A program made the position numbers and the translations under genes. From Camelus dromedarius (Eukaryota), in the NCBI RefSeq assembly GCF_036321535.1, contig NC_087444.1:73656001-73720000 (forward strand): a DNA stretch of 64,000 nt. Direction: 5' to 3'. Below, in pieces: positions 16,627-28,900 of the stretch (positions are counted from its first letter, which is position 1; each line of letters starts with the position of its first letter). Under the pieces are notes generated by a model that saw nothing but the letters and a program-made list of their open reading frames with translations, was not told the DNA's origin and made no database searches.

Positions 16627-16868
16627 GAGGGGAATAGCTGCGTAGATCACAGGTCAAGTGTTCTAGCCAGAGACTGAGAGTCCGGCTTGCAGTTTGCTGC
16701 CTTCAGTTCAGCATCCCTCCTGCCTGCTCTGGGCCGGCGCATGCCATTGACGTCAGGAGCTCCGCAGTATCTGATTGGCTCGCTGAGGGACGGGCCGTGG
16801 AGGTAAAGGCTCAGCTCCGGGTTGCTTCCAGTTCCTTACTTGGCATTCGAGGACCGCAGGCCCAGGTT

Positions 16869-19800
16869 CTAAAGCCTGGGTTCAGAGCTCGGAGTCGCAG
16901 GCTGCAGTTCGCGGCAGCCCCCTGTGCGCTCCTCCTGCTGCAGCCGCCTCAGCGGCCGGCTCCAGCGGGGCCTCCAGGGCAGCGCGAGGCCGTGGCGGTC
17001 GAGGACCAGGCGCGCGGGGTCGGGGTCGCCGGCCGCACTGCCCAGCAGCAGGTAGTGGGTGCCTGGCCGTAGGCGCAAGCAGCCGCAGGCCAGGTCGGCG
17101 CGGGGCACCCAGGCTTCCTGGCCGCCGCTGCGCACGGGCCGGGCCCGCTGCTTGTACACGGCCAGCACGCGCACGGCCAGCCGCTGCCACACCGGGCCTG
17201 CCGCTTCAGACGCCAGCACCTGGGCGCGAAGAACTGCGGGGAGGGGAGATGTCAGGCCTGGGCAGTGGGGAGCTTCCGGGGTCCCATAGGCTCAGTAGTG
17301 GTAGAGAGAGGCCCGGGACCCGAGAATGGACTTCCAGGATGCCGTCAGGAAGAAGAGAGACCTTGAACATTTGAGGCTGAGAGGTCTGGGGGGGGGGGGG
17401 GTCTGACCCTGCTTTATGAAGAGTGAGGCCTCCTAGAGGAGAGGGGTCAAGGCAACGAAAGCGGGGCTTATGTGATGTGAGTTTGTGTTATAGGATTGTG
17501 ATTGGGAAGGGGTACCTTCCAGGTGTCTCTCTGGAAGAGGGGAGACCAGACCGGGAGAGGAATCCAGGTGCCCACTATGGATATGCCAGGTGCGGCGCTT
17601 GGGAGGTAATATTGGAAGCCGAGGATACAGGAATTACTTAAATGTTGGAGGTACCAGAAGGACCCTACAGTGAATGGGTCCAGGAACAAGGCAGAAGAGG
17701 TAGGTCTGCGGTCTAAAATGCCACGGGGTCAGGTGTTAGGAGCAGAGCCCTTGGAAAAGAGAGGTTTTGCCAGGGGAGAGAATCTGGATTAGGGATTAAT
17801 TTGGGGGCTGGAAGGTCATACTAGTGGTGCTTCACATGGTGTCCTCTCTGAGGAGGTGAGGTGAGACTTGTTGGGAGCAGGACTCTGGCTTGGTAAGCTA
17901 GATCTATGAGGCAAAAGATCCTTGTGGGAGGTGGGGGTCTAAGATTGAAGTCTAAGAACACTAGTGGCCAGTTGAAGAGCCTCAAGGAGGGGAGGTCTGG
18001 GGTCCTATACCATTGAGGGAAGTTACTGCGGCTGGACTGAACTCCTGAGTGTCCAAGAGAGCAGAATTACCCGACGTCATAGGCTCTGAGGTCATGGGTC
18101 TGGTGTGGACTGATGGATTAGGAGACTGGGGATGAGTCTCTGACAGTAGGGCTATGTCTCAAGAGAACTGGGACCCTGAAGGGAGGCAGAGAGGGTCTGA
18201 GATAGGCAAGACAGAGCAAGGGTCCCTTCCATTCAACCAATTTCCCTTTCTCTTTCTCCTTCCATCCTGAGGAGAACACCACCCTCCCACAGAGATATGA
18301 TGCTGAAGGACATCGTGGAACTCTACAAGGCCAAGAATATGAGGGAAGAGGACATATAGGAAGGTAAGGAACACCCCCCTTGGCATTTGTCAGCTCTCCA
18401 GTTAGGATCTAGATCAGGTAGGGTCATTTACCTGATAGAGTCCACACCCATTTCCATTTAAGATGAGGAAACTGACGGCCAGAGAAGGGGGTGGCTGTGA
18501 GGTAGAGCAGAACGCCTGAACAGCTGCAGCCCTTTTACTCCCCCGCACTCACCGTAGTCCTGCTGGCAGTACCTCCGAAGGCTCATGTATACCCTGGGGT
18601 CCGTGATATTGCAGTAGTTTTGACATCGAGGGTCTGGGGAGGGTCAGGCTGTCTGCAGTGGGCTCCTGAGGCCTAGACTACAGCATTCTGCCCCCTGCCC
18701 ATCCCGCATTCCAACCTGATGGACAGCTGGGGTGCCCGAACCCTTCGGACGCCTCAGTGGGCCACCCCTGTATCCCCACCTAGGGGCCACATCAGCCCCT
18801 CCCAGATCCCTCTTGCTGCCAGAGAATTTCACACCAGCCTATCTTACCAGAGCTGTAAGCATCAGGGGTTGTAGCAATGGTGGTGGTTGCCTCGGGAATT
18901 CCTGGGAGAGAGCAGAGGAGAGATTTAGCTTTTTGGTATCCTCTCCTTCCACAGCTCCCCTGAGGAATCCAGGCATCCAGACCCCAAATGGGTACTCTCT
19001 GGGTGCCCAACAATGTAAGCACAGTTTGTCCTCTCTAGAACCTAGACCCAGGAGTCCAGGTTCCCTACCCCCTCCTCCCTGAGACCCAGGAGTCCAGCCT
19101 CTTCCTCCCCCAGACTGAGGAGACTGGAATTTCAGTCTCCACATGTCAAAGGACTCAGAGTTCGGCCTCCAGCCTCTAGCTTCTAGCTTCCATCTCCCAG
19201 GGACCCTCACCCCAGCTGCCCACTGGAGATCTGGGACGTCTCCCTCCCGCCCCACCTGGGACTTGTGGCCCTGTCCCTCAGGACTCACGCTGGCACGGCA
19301 TCCTGGGGGAGCGGCTCTGCTGGAAGCCAGGACCACAGCGGTTGCATGTCAGGCCAGTGACCCCTAACTTGCAGGAGCACTGTCCACTGGTCTGGTTGCA
19401 GGTACCACCTGTCGCCCCAATAGGATGGCACTGGCAGGCTACATGAGGGGAGGATCCAGGGATGTGGAGTCCAGGCTCCCAGCCTCTTCTCCCCAAGACT
19501 GGGGAGACTGGAATTCCTTGTCCCCTCCTCCCTCAGACCCAGGAGCCACGCCCCCAATCCCCTCTACCCTCAGACCCAGGAGTCAAGTTCTGCCTCCCCT
19601 CCCTCTCGGCAGGGCTTCAGGCTGCACTCACCCCTGCAGGCCCTGCGGCTGGTGATGGGCTGGCTGGGGTCCCTCCAGAACCCCGGCTGGCAGTAGTGGC
19701 AGTGCCGCCCAGCTGTGTGGTGGCGGCACCGCTCGCAGACACCCCCACTGCGGCCACCCGACAGCCTGAACAGCTCAGAGTTGAACCTGCAGCGGCGGGC

Positions 19801-22800
19801 GTGCTGGTTGCAGGAGCAGGCTAGGGGCAGGGTGGAGTCGGGGCATGTCAGGCCCGGCCCTGTGTTCCCCTTCCCCACCTTTCTCCCCGCTGCCCTCAGG
19901 ATGGAGACTGCCTGGGGGTCTGGGTAAATGTGGGCCCTACAACCTCTTCCTTCTCCTCTTTCAACCCGTGCAGTGGACTGGAGCTGTAGGCCCTAGAGGG
20001 CTGCTGGATGTCTGTGTGAGCCCAGAGGTGGGCGTAAAGAAGGGTGGCGGCTCCGGGCAGGGGCTGCGAGTCAGGCCCCTACGTGTAACTGTCTCCCTGT
20101 GTTCCTTGGGCAAGTGATTTCTCCTTTCTGTAGCTCAGTTTCCTCTGCTGCCAGATGACATTTATAGTGTCTACCTGATGAGATTTAAATGAAACCCACT
20201 AGCTATAAAGTGCTTAACTCAAGGCCTAGGCTTGACACAGAGCATGTGCTGGCCTGTTTCGAGTGACCACATACCAGGTGCCATGTTTTAAGTGCTTGGC
20301 GTGTTTCCTTCTCACAGCAGCTTTGTTAGACTGGTGCTGTCATCATCACCCCCATTTTACAGACACGAACACTGAGGCGGAGAGGTGCCGTGCCTGCCCA
20401 TGGTATTGCAGCTGAGGGGAGGTCAGAGGTAGGATTGGAACCCAGGCCTTCTGGCTCCAGAGTCTGTGCTCCTAGCAGCCACACTCCAGTGCCTCTCACA
20501 CAGCTCACATGAGGACATGAGGCATGTACATTTTCCTGGAGAGCATTGATCAGATTTTCTAAGGCAGTGGCTCTCAGACCTTGCCACTTACCTGAATTAC
20601 TGAGGAAATGTTTAAAAAGAACAACTCAGATTCCAGGGCTTCTGTGGGCCCAGGGGCCTGTACTTCTAGCAGGAATCCCAGAGTGAGATGCTAACAGAGG
20701 GGGCTCATGGGCCATTCTTTGGAGAGATGTAAGGGGTTTTGACTTGAGGAAATTTGAGAGGCCAGGACGGGCAGGTCCTGAGGACCCCAAGGAGTAGTGG
20801 TCAGGTCAGGGAGCTGAGACAGCTGTGTGTTCTTGCAGAAATGACTCCCCCTCTCTGAGCCTCGATTTCCTCCCATTTAGTAGGGATCTCAATTCTGCTC
20901 TCCAAGGTTTTGTAGGCATCAGAGATGGCAGTGCTCTTCAGATTATGAGGGAGTGCTGTCGGGCTTTGGATTCTTTCTGACCGGACAGTGATCACTTCAC
21001 CTCGCTTCTCTCTAGAGAACTTGGATGGGGGGATATTCAGGCCACCGTGTCTGTGAAGCCCATAGCTCCACCACAAGAGTTATTCTCACCGTGTCCGCCC
21101 AGACCCTTCTCCGTCACAACCCTGTGGTCTCTTACCCAGGCTCAGAGGGCAGTGCCCAGCTCAGCCAGGGGGATGTGGTGATCCTCTGAGGGACTGCCTC
21201 CCCAATTCCCAAGCCCTGTCCAGGCCCAGGATGAAGCCAGCCCCACCCTCAGGCCACGTGAGTCTGCCCTCCCTCACTCCTCTGTTGGGGCCTCAGATCT
21301 AACTGGTGGGAATGGGCCAACTGGACAGAGTCCTGAGGTGGTGGGGACAGAGGGTCAGAGAAGACCCCAGCGGGGATGCGGACAGAGTGGGGAGCTGTGC
21401 CAGTAGTTCAGTCTGTCAGTCCACTTGACATTGCAGGAAGAAATAGAGGGGAGGGACAAAGAATGTGGGAGATGGAGAGAGTGAGATCCATGGAAGTACA
21501 GACAGAAAGAGCGTGTGTGCGTGTGTGTGTACGTGTGTACGTACCTGTTGGACTGGAGGTACCTCCCAGGATTAGTAACACACTTAGAGCCTCCAGCAAG
21601 GGCTGCAGGCTGGAGGTGGGAGTGGAGGAGGCCTGTCTCTGAGGGGAGCTGCTGGAGGGATGGGGAAGGGCCTGGACTCTGGAGGCCAGTCTGGAAACAG
21701 TGTGGAGAGGGAGGGTGTTGCGCCGCCCTGGGGTGTGCTGGTCCAGCTGGAGAGCACGGTGTTGACCCAGCATCTAGGAAGGCTGTTTTCGAGTCCAGTC
21801 CTGTCTGACCCTTGCTGGCCATGAGACCTGGACCAAGAGACCCATCCCCTTGGGCCTGACCCCCCTCGTCTGGAGAGTGGTAACCCTGGTGGACTCAGGA
21901 AGCTCTTTCTGTGTGCCAGGTACTGCATTCAGCTTTATTCCAAGGACTTTATGGATGTTAAATTATTGAATTTTCACTATAGCCTGTAAAGGAAATGCTG
22001 TTACTATCCTCATTTTCCAGGTGAGGAAATGGAGGCACAGAGAGATTAGGTCACTTGCCTGGGGTCACAAAGCCAGAAGGCAGAAGAGCCGGGATTTGAG
22101 CTGGTTGGCTGCTGAGGCCACGCTCCTGTCTGCCTGTAGAACGTCTAGTGTGACAGCACCTGACAGAGCCTGGCAGGGACCAGCTAAGACCCTTGGGCTT
22201 GGCCTCTCAATCTCAGTTTCCAGCCTTGCCACTGACTGGCCATTTGTCCTTGCCCAAGGTACTTTCCACCTCTAGCCTCGGTCTCCTCATCTGTAAAATG
22301 GGTCTGTGTAGTACCTGCCAGTCACACAGTAGATGCTGGTTAAATACATGTCTAATGAATACTTTCCCCACGTGGTTGATTTGATGAGTCCAGACGTCCA
22401 GATGAGTGCGGCTGTGCTGTTCCCCTCCAGCCAGTCCATAAATCCCACCCGAGTGTCCAAGTGTGTGCCCCAAGCCAGGCCCTGGGCTGAGTGCTCAGGA
22501 AATGTTACCCATCCTCATGATTGAGTGTGGGGAGAGGTTGGAGGCCCTAGTGAGTGTTTAAGTAGCTGGGAATCTGGGGATGGCAGAGATTCGGGGCAGA
22601 TAGGTGGTGGCGGGTAGTGAGGGGAGGAGACGAGGGGCCCTGTCTGGAGAAGCACATGGGGGGAAGCAAGGAGGGAGCAGCCCTAGGGAAGGACAGAGCT
22701 TCCTGCCCCTCAGGGACAAGGGACCCCATGCTGGGGTCATGGGGTCAGGTGGTAGGTGAGTGAGGATGGGGGACCCAGGACTCACGCAGGCAAGGGTGAG

Positions 22801-23416
22801 GGTGCCAGGGTGTGGCGGGCCGCCAGGGCCGGTCGCGGTGGGATGGGCGGCAGCTCTCGCACCCTGGGCCGGTGGTGTGGTGGCGGCAGCGGCAGCGGGG
22901 TGGCCGGGCTCGGGCAGCACAGCGGGCCGCGTGGCCGTGGCACTGGCAGCGGCCTCTCACCCCTGCTGCCGCCAGCCCTGCCCGACCCCCAAACTCCACG
23001 CGGAGGTGACTGGCCACTACACTGGCCTTGGGGCCGGGTGCAACTCGGAAGGTCACCCTCTCGGGGCCTCCCAAGGCCCGGGGCCAGGCAGTTCTGTGCC
23101 ACAGTGATCTCCAGGGACCTCCGGTGGCCCAGGCGGTTGACAGGACCAGGGCTGGGGGTCCTGGGGTGCAGAATCGCAGGCTGACAGATGTCAGGAGGAA
23201 GGTCCCACCCAGGGCCAGAGTCAGACTGCCATTGCAGGTGGCCTCGGGACCAAAGTCCACCCCTGGGGAGAAGAGACAGGCCTGGGGACAGGAGGCGGCC
23301 AGGCCAGGCAGCTGGGTCACTGGTGGGAGGCAGAAGCGGGGGCCGCCCCCTGGATGGTAGCAAGGGTCTGCACTGGCCTGGCTCAGGAGGAGCAAGAGGG
23401 CCAAGGTCACGGGCAT
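16869..23416 (-). CDS. NTN5: Netrin-5, 489 aa. Coding exons 23416-22786, 19820-19632, 19438-19289, 18901-18848, 18633-18553, 17233-16869
   Basis: Exons sum to 1470 nt with GT-AG junctions. Signal peptide [19 protein letters not shown], three laminin-EGF repeats ([42 protein letters not shown]) and a C-terminal NTR/C345C domain. Confidence 0.97.
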
Positions 23417-25867
23417 GGTTCCAGCAGAGGCAGGTACCTGGAGAGGAGAAGAGTGCCCGGCTGAGAGCCTCAGGCACCTTCAGGGGTCCGATTCCGCCCT
23501 GCTCCCCGGGCTCCCTGAGGAACCCCGGCATTCCACCCCCAGCCCTGCCCAAGACCCCTCCCAGCTGCTTCCAAGCGAGGAAAATAGTTCCATCTGGGGA
23601 GAATTACTGTTTACATAACCCGAAGGGGAAAGAACGCAAACCAAATCGAGAATTTTGCCTGAACTAATCCATAGCTTAACACCCCAGAGCTATCTGTCAG
23701 TCAGTGTCGGGGGGCAGGGGCCCTGGGGAGGGGGCAATGAGGGGGGGACAGATGGGGAAACCTAGAGAGGGCACAAGGGGGAGGGGGATTTAGAGACTGA
23801 GGAAGCCTCTGAGACAAAGAAAAAGAGACAGAGATAGATAGAGACACAGACAGAAAGACAGACAGGAGAGGAGGAGACTCAAGTGTAGGGAAGGGCCAGG
23901 CAGGGAGAAGGAACCACGAGGAGAGAGGACAGACACAAGGGGAGGCCAGGAGGCCTGGACAGATGGCAGCCAGGCAGCAGAGTCCTCAGGGACTGCAGGG
24001 ATCTGGTCCTAGGGAGCCTGGGGGCTGGGACAGACAGTGGCAGTTGGACTCAAAGACACCCGTGGAGCAGGAGGAGAGCAGACAGTGCAGCAGGCCTGAC
24101 TGGCAGGGAGGGGAGCAGGAGAGGGGAAGGGCCAGGGAGCCCGGGGCCCAGGGATCAGAAGCCAGAGGCCAGGCCCTGACCTACTGGGATGAGAGTGGAG
24201 GCCCTTTCCCATGTAGGGCCCTAACCTTGTTCTCCACACCCTGGGCATGGAGGGGGATTATCCCAAACAAAGGGGCCTCCCTGCCACCCACCCCCAGCCT
24301 CCAGTTGCCCTTAACCCTTTCCCACCCAGGTATGAGGCTCAGAGAAGTGTGCTAAGGAACAGGATGGGGATGTCTGGGTCACTCTGGGTTGGGAAGTGAG
24401 TGTGGTATCCCTGTGGGGTCAGGAAGGAAGATACCTTGGTGTCCCTTGGGATCGGATGACCCTGTGCTTGGATTTCTGAGGACTTTTTGGTAATTTCTGC
24501 CATCCTAGGCCTCAGGGTCCAAGAATCAGAGCCCCCACTTTCTCTACTGGTCCTAATGTCCCCAAGGCAGATGGGGGAACAGATGGAGTCGGGGTAGTGG
24601 GTGCTGAGGCGGTAGATAAAAGAGGCAGGACTGGACAGGACCAGTTGCTGGGGCACTGGAAGGGCCAGAAATCTAGACACCCAAATGATGGGAGGGAGGA
24701 ACGACTTGGTGCTGAAATGTCCCGCGCTCTCCCTTTCCTGGGCCGGTAGCCCCTAATGAGGAGCTCACTCAGATCTGGGACCTTAGAACTTTTCTGGGCC
24801 CCACTGTCACGGCCTCTGGTTCTGAATCTGGACCCAGGTTTGTCCCAGAGCTGGGAGTCTGTTAGGCACCTGTGGGTGCGGGTGGGATCACATCCTCCCC
24901 CTGCCCCATATGCTGCACATGGCCCTCTGCGCCTCCGGAGCAGCTTGGCGCCATTTTGCACTCCTCCCTGGGCATTTGCCCCAGTCCTTCAGCACCCGCC
25001 TTGTTAAGGACCTCACCCCATCTCCCACCTCTCCTCTCTTGCCTGGGTGGTTCACGGGGTACCACTTTCTGGCTCTTAGCAGCTTGGGCATCCAGGCTTT
25101 GTTCCCCAGTGTTCCTGAGGGATCCAGAAGGCAGCCCGTGCCCACCGGGGAGGCCCGATATCCAGGCCCTAGTCCCTACCCCTTATAGGAACTTTAGTCC
25201 CCTCGTCACTCCCCCTTAAAGACCTTAAGGAGTAGCTGTGCTCCTACCAGATGCAGAGTCAGGCCTAGTACCTGGGCAGTGTAGGGGTCCACCTAGGACC
25301 CAGGCCCCTTTTCCCTGACTCTCTTGCATGCACCCTGCCCTTCACCCCTGATGTCCAAACCTGCGCCCAGGAAGAGAGTGTCCTCTGCATTTAGCTCCTC
25401 ACAGGTTCTTCCCTCCCGCAGGAGCTTGGCGGCCAGCGTGGGCTCCAGCGTAGGCTCTAGGGAGTGAGTGAGGAGTGGCTGTTCTCAGGCCCCAGGCTAG
25501 TGGGGCTTCTGGGCGGGAGCTCAGAGCAGAGCCGGCAGCATCCAGCACCACCCCCACCCCAGTCCCCTGGCCAATGCAACCACGCTCTCGCTGCTCTCTT
25601 CACAGGGACCCCTGGCAGCCACACCACCCAAGACTGTGTGGGTTGTGAGCACCGTCACCCTCCAGGGACCTGCAGCCAGACAGTCCCAAGCCGGCTGGCC
25701 CAGCAGGCTCAAGGCAGGTAGGAAGGGATAGTGGACAGATGACCTTTCTGGGTCTGAGGTCCCTGCTCCACTCACACTCAGCCCCCTGCCCTTCGGGCTC
25801 CTCTAAGAGCAGGCAGGCAGGCAGGCTCAGCCCCATCACGTGGTGGCTGTGATCTCGGGGAAGGGGC

Positions 25868-25960
25868 TGACCTGCGGGGCGGGTTCAGGGCTCCACATGC
25901 TGAAGTGGAAGGTTGGTGTCTGGCTGGGTGACCCCAAACCAGCCCCTCTTCCCCTCTGGA
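25868..25960 (-). other. Candidate non-coding first exon of NTN5 (donor CAG|GTCAGC at 25871)
   Basis: A 3' splice site (CTCTTCTCCTCTCCAG) just upstream of the NTN5 ATG implies a non-coding upstream exon. This donor about 2.4 kb upstream is only a candidate. Confidence 0.3.
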
Positions 25961-28900
25961 ACCTTCTGTCAGCTCTGGGTTAACTGAGCATTAAGGCCAG
26001 TTGCTTTAAAGCCTGAAAAATCAATGCTCCTGGAAGGATCAGACCAGCCGCCAGAAAACCCAAAGACGTGGGCCAGTTTCTAAGATGGTGGCAACGAGGT
26101 GGAGGAGATAAGAATGCCTCACGCCTCAGAGGTTCTAGGGGCCAGAGGGAGAAATCAGGGGCCCTGACAGGGACAGAGATCCAAGCCGGTCTCCGCCATG
26201 GTATATTTCCTGCGAGGCCTCAATACCTGTCGTGAAGTTTTGATGTCAACATTGCTGTCAACTCTGTTACATACCCAAATTGTCTGACTAGAAAAATACG
26301 TTTTCCATCAATTCCCACTGAGAAAAGCAGACATTTGGGGACCTACCATCTGGGGTGGGAGGACATAGCCAGGCAATCCGTGATTCTAGTTCAGGGTGAC
26401 CCGCACTGCAGTGGAGGGGCCCGCCAATTTGAGAGTCAGCTGTGAGGATGTTACCTACAAAGAGAAAGGGACTGAGGATAGAGACACCCCCAAATGAGAA
26501 GGGACATATGGGATCTGGGGCGGGCAGTGAGAGTGACAGGGTAGCACAATGCAGCATGCACTGTGCTCATCCATTCAGCTCAGAATGACTTCCCCTGTGT
26601 GTGACACTCTGCTGAAGATCCCGTGTGACATGTACAGAATCCCCATCCTTGTCAGGTTCACCATCCAGAGAGAGCAGAGATGGCCACCAAAGAGTAACAG
26701 TAATTATGTTCTAGAGTGTGGTGGAAAGTGACAGATGTTTGGAGCGAAAGAAAGGAAGGAAGTAGATGGGGTGGGGTGGGCGTCAGAGGGGACATTTGGG
26801 CTGAGACCTGAAGGAGGTGAGGGCAATGCTACCTGGGCATCGGGGCAGGAGTGACCCAGGCAGAGGGCGTTGCCAGTGCAAAGGCCAGTTCTGCCAGAGA
26901 AACTCAGGAGGAAGGTTTAGGGCTCACTTTATTCCTGCGCACCTGCAAGAAGTTTCTAAAGCTAAGGTTCCCTGGAGGGAAGCTTGCTTCCTCACTGTTG
27001 TTTTTAATAGCCTGTGCTGCCTGAGGTGATTAGCACCCCGGAATGTGGCTGGCAGGGGGTGTACAAGCAGGCAGAGCAGAGAGGAAACATTCCCAGAGTT
27101 GAGAAGGGGACACGTGGGGGGATTCCTCAAGTATCAGGCACCTTTACCCTCACAGCGGCCCAGAAAGGAGGCAGGATCTCCCAGGGACCAGCTCTGAAGT
27201 GGGCTCAGCAGGGTGGGACCCTCACCTCTGGGCTTCCACAGATCTTTTATCCCTACCTTGGTGTCACCGAAATCACAGAGGCCCCACAAGGCCAGGCAGG
27301 TCAACCCCTGAGTAACTGGAAGGAGAGTTTCTTGGCGTGTGCGCCCTCAGGACAAATGGAAAAATCAAGGACCATAATTAAGAGCATGGATTCCTGAATC
27401 ACTGTCTGTTCAAATCTAGGCTCCCCCTCTTTCCTACCTGTGTGACCCAAAGCGAGTTTCTTAACCTCTCTGTGCAGTAGTTTCCTTATCTGTTAAATGG
27501 GCTTAAAAATGTACCTTCCTCGTGGAAAATCGTGAGGACCAAATGAGCCAGGACAGGCTTACAGTCTCGTATCTGAAACTCTTTGGACCAGACATGTTAC
27601 AGAACCCGTGTTTCAGGCCCTTGTGGGGTGCATAGGTTATATATCACGCAGCTCCCCCAGCGCAGTTTGGGTGGCATCCCATAATCAAACATTGTTTCTG
27701 CAGCAAAACATGTGGGCAGTCACACCAGGATAAGTCAAGTCTAGGAACAGCTGCAGGTCTCTTTAGGCCAGATTTGTTCCCAGACGAGTTCTATTCCGGT
27801 TGGGCTTTGTCGCTGATCTTCAGGGAAGTGGCAGATAAGGAATTGTGGAGCAGGATATAAGCACTGAAAACAGTGCCTGGCTCCAGGCAGGAACCACAGA
27901 AGCATCAACCTTGAGTCATTATTTTCAGTGGCCTTTCAGTTGTGCAGGCTGATGTGAGGCCAGGAGAGGGAGCTCTTAGTACTCGAGGACAGAGGTGGCC
28001 GCCAGACTGACTATCTGCTTTGCAGAGCTCAGTACAAAATGAAAAGCCAGACTGCCTTTCTCAAATTTGTGGAGAATTTCTAGCTGGTGCGAGCAGAGCC
28101 GGACACAGAGCAGGTCACTTTGGGTCTCAGGACTTGTGCAGCTGCTCAGGTCACACTCCATGGTGGGTCGTCAGGGGAACAGAGGAAGGGAGAGGACAAA
28201 GCGGGTCAGGACACACTGGGGACCCGGAGTGAAAAGACTGTTTCTGGGAGCCCAGGGGAGAGCTGGAGGAGAGGCTGACTCAAAAAGAAGCAAGCCAGAA
28301 GAAGGGATTATCCACCCCATTACAAGGATGGGGAAACTGAGGTTCATGGAGCCCAGTCAGAGCCCAGTGAAGTCGGGGCGGGAGCTGGATGGGGATCTTG
28401 GTGGGTTCAAATGTATAGGCCTCACTGAGATCGCACGGCACGCCCACTGTGATCCAAAAGACAGACTGTAGTGTGTGTGTTGGCAAGGATGTGAAGAAGT
28501 CAGAACCCTCATAGGCTGCTGGTGGGAATGGAAAATGAGGCAGGTACTTGGAGAACAGTCTGCGGTTCCTGGAACTGTTAAACACAGAGTTATTTAGTTA
28601 TCATATGACTCAGCAATTCCACTCCTAGGGAAATACTGGAGGGATATGAAAACTTGGGTCCACACAGAGGTTCGTATGTGCGTGTTCACAGCAGCATTAT
28701 TCCTGATAGCCCCATGGCGTTGCCCATGTGTCCAGCAGCCGATGAACTGATAATAAAATGAGGCATATCCGTGCAATGGAACATCAGTCGGCTGTGAAAA
28801 GAAACCAGTGACATCCTCACAAATGCTGCAACATGGATGAACCTTGGACATGGGACACTGAGTGAAAGAATCCAATCACGAAGAGCCACTTGTACAATTC

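Noticed and set aside
17326-18359. Fusion of [10 protein letters not shown]... with [10 protein letters not shown]... into one 40-aa peptide
   Set aside because: It needs a GAG acceptor 2 nt downstream of a better CAG plus a weak donor. The plausible acceptors give stops.
22756-23667. Multiple overlapping ORFs across NTN5 exon 2
   Set aside because: Alternative frames of a GC-rich coding exon with no recognisable domain.
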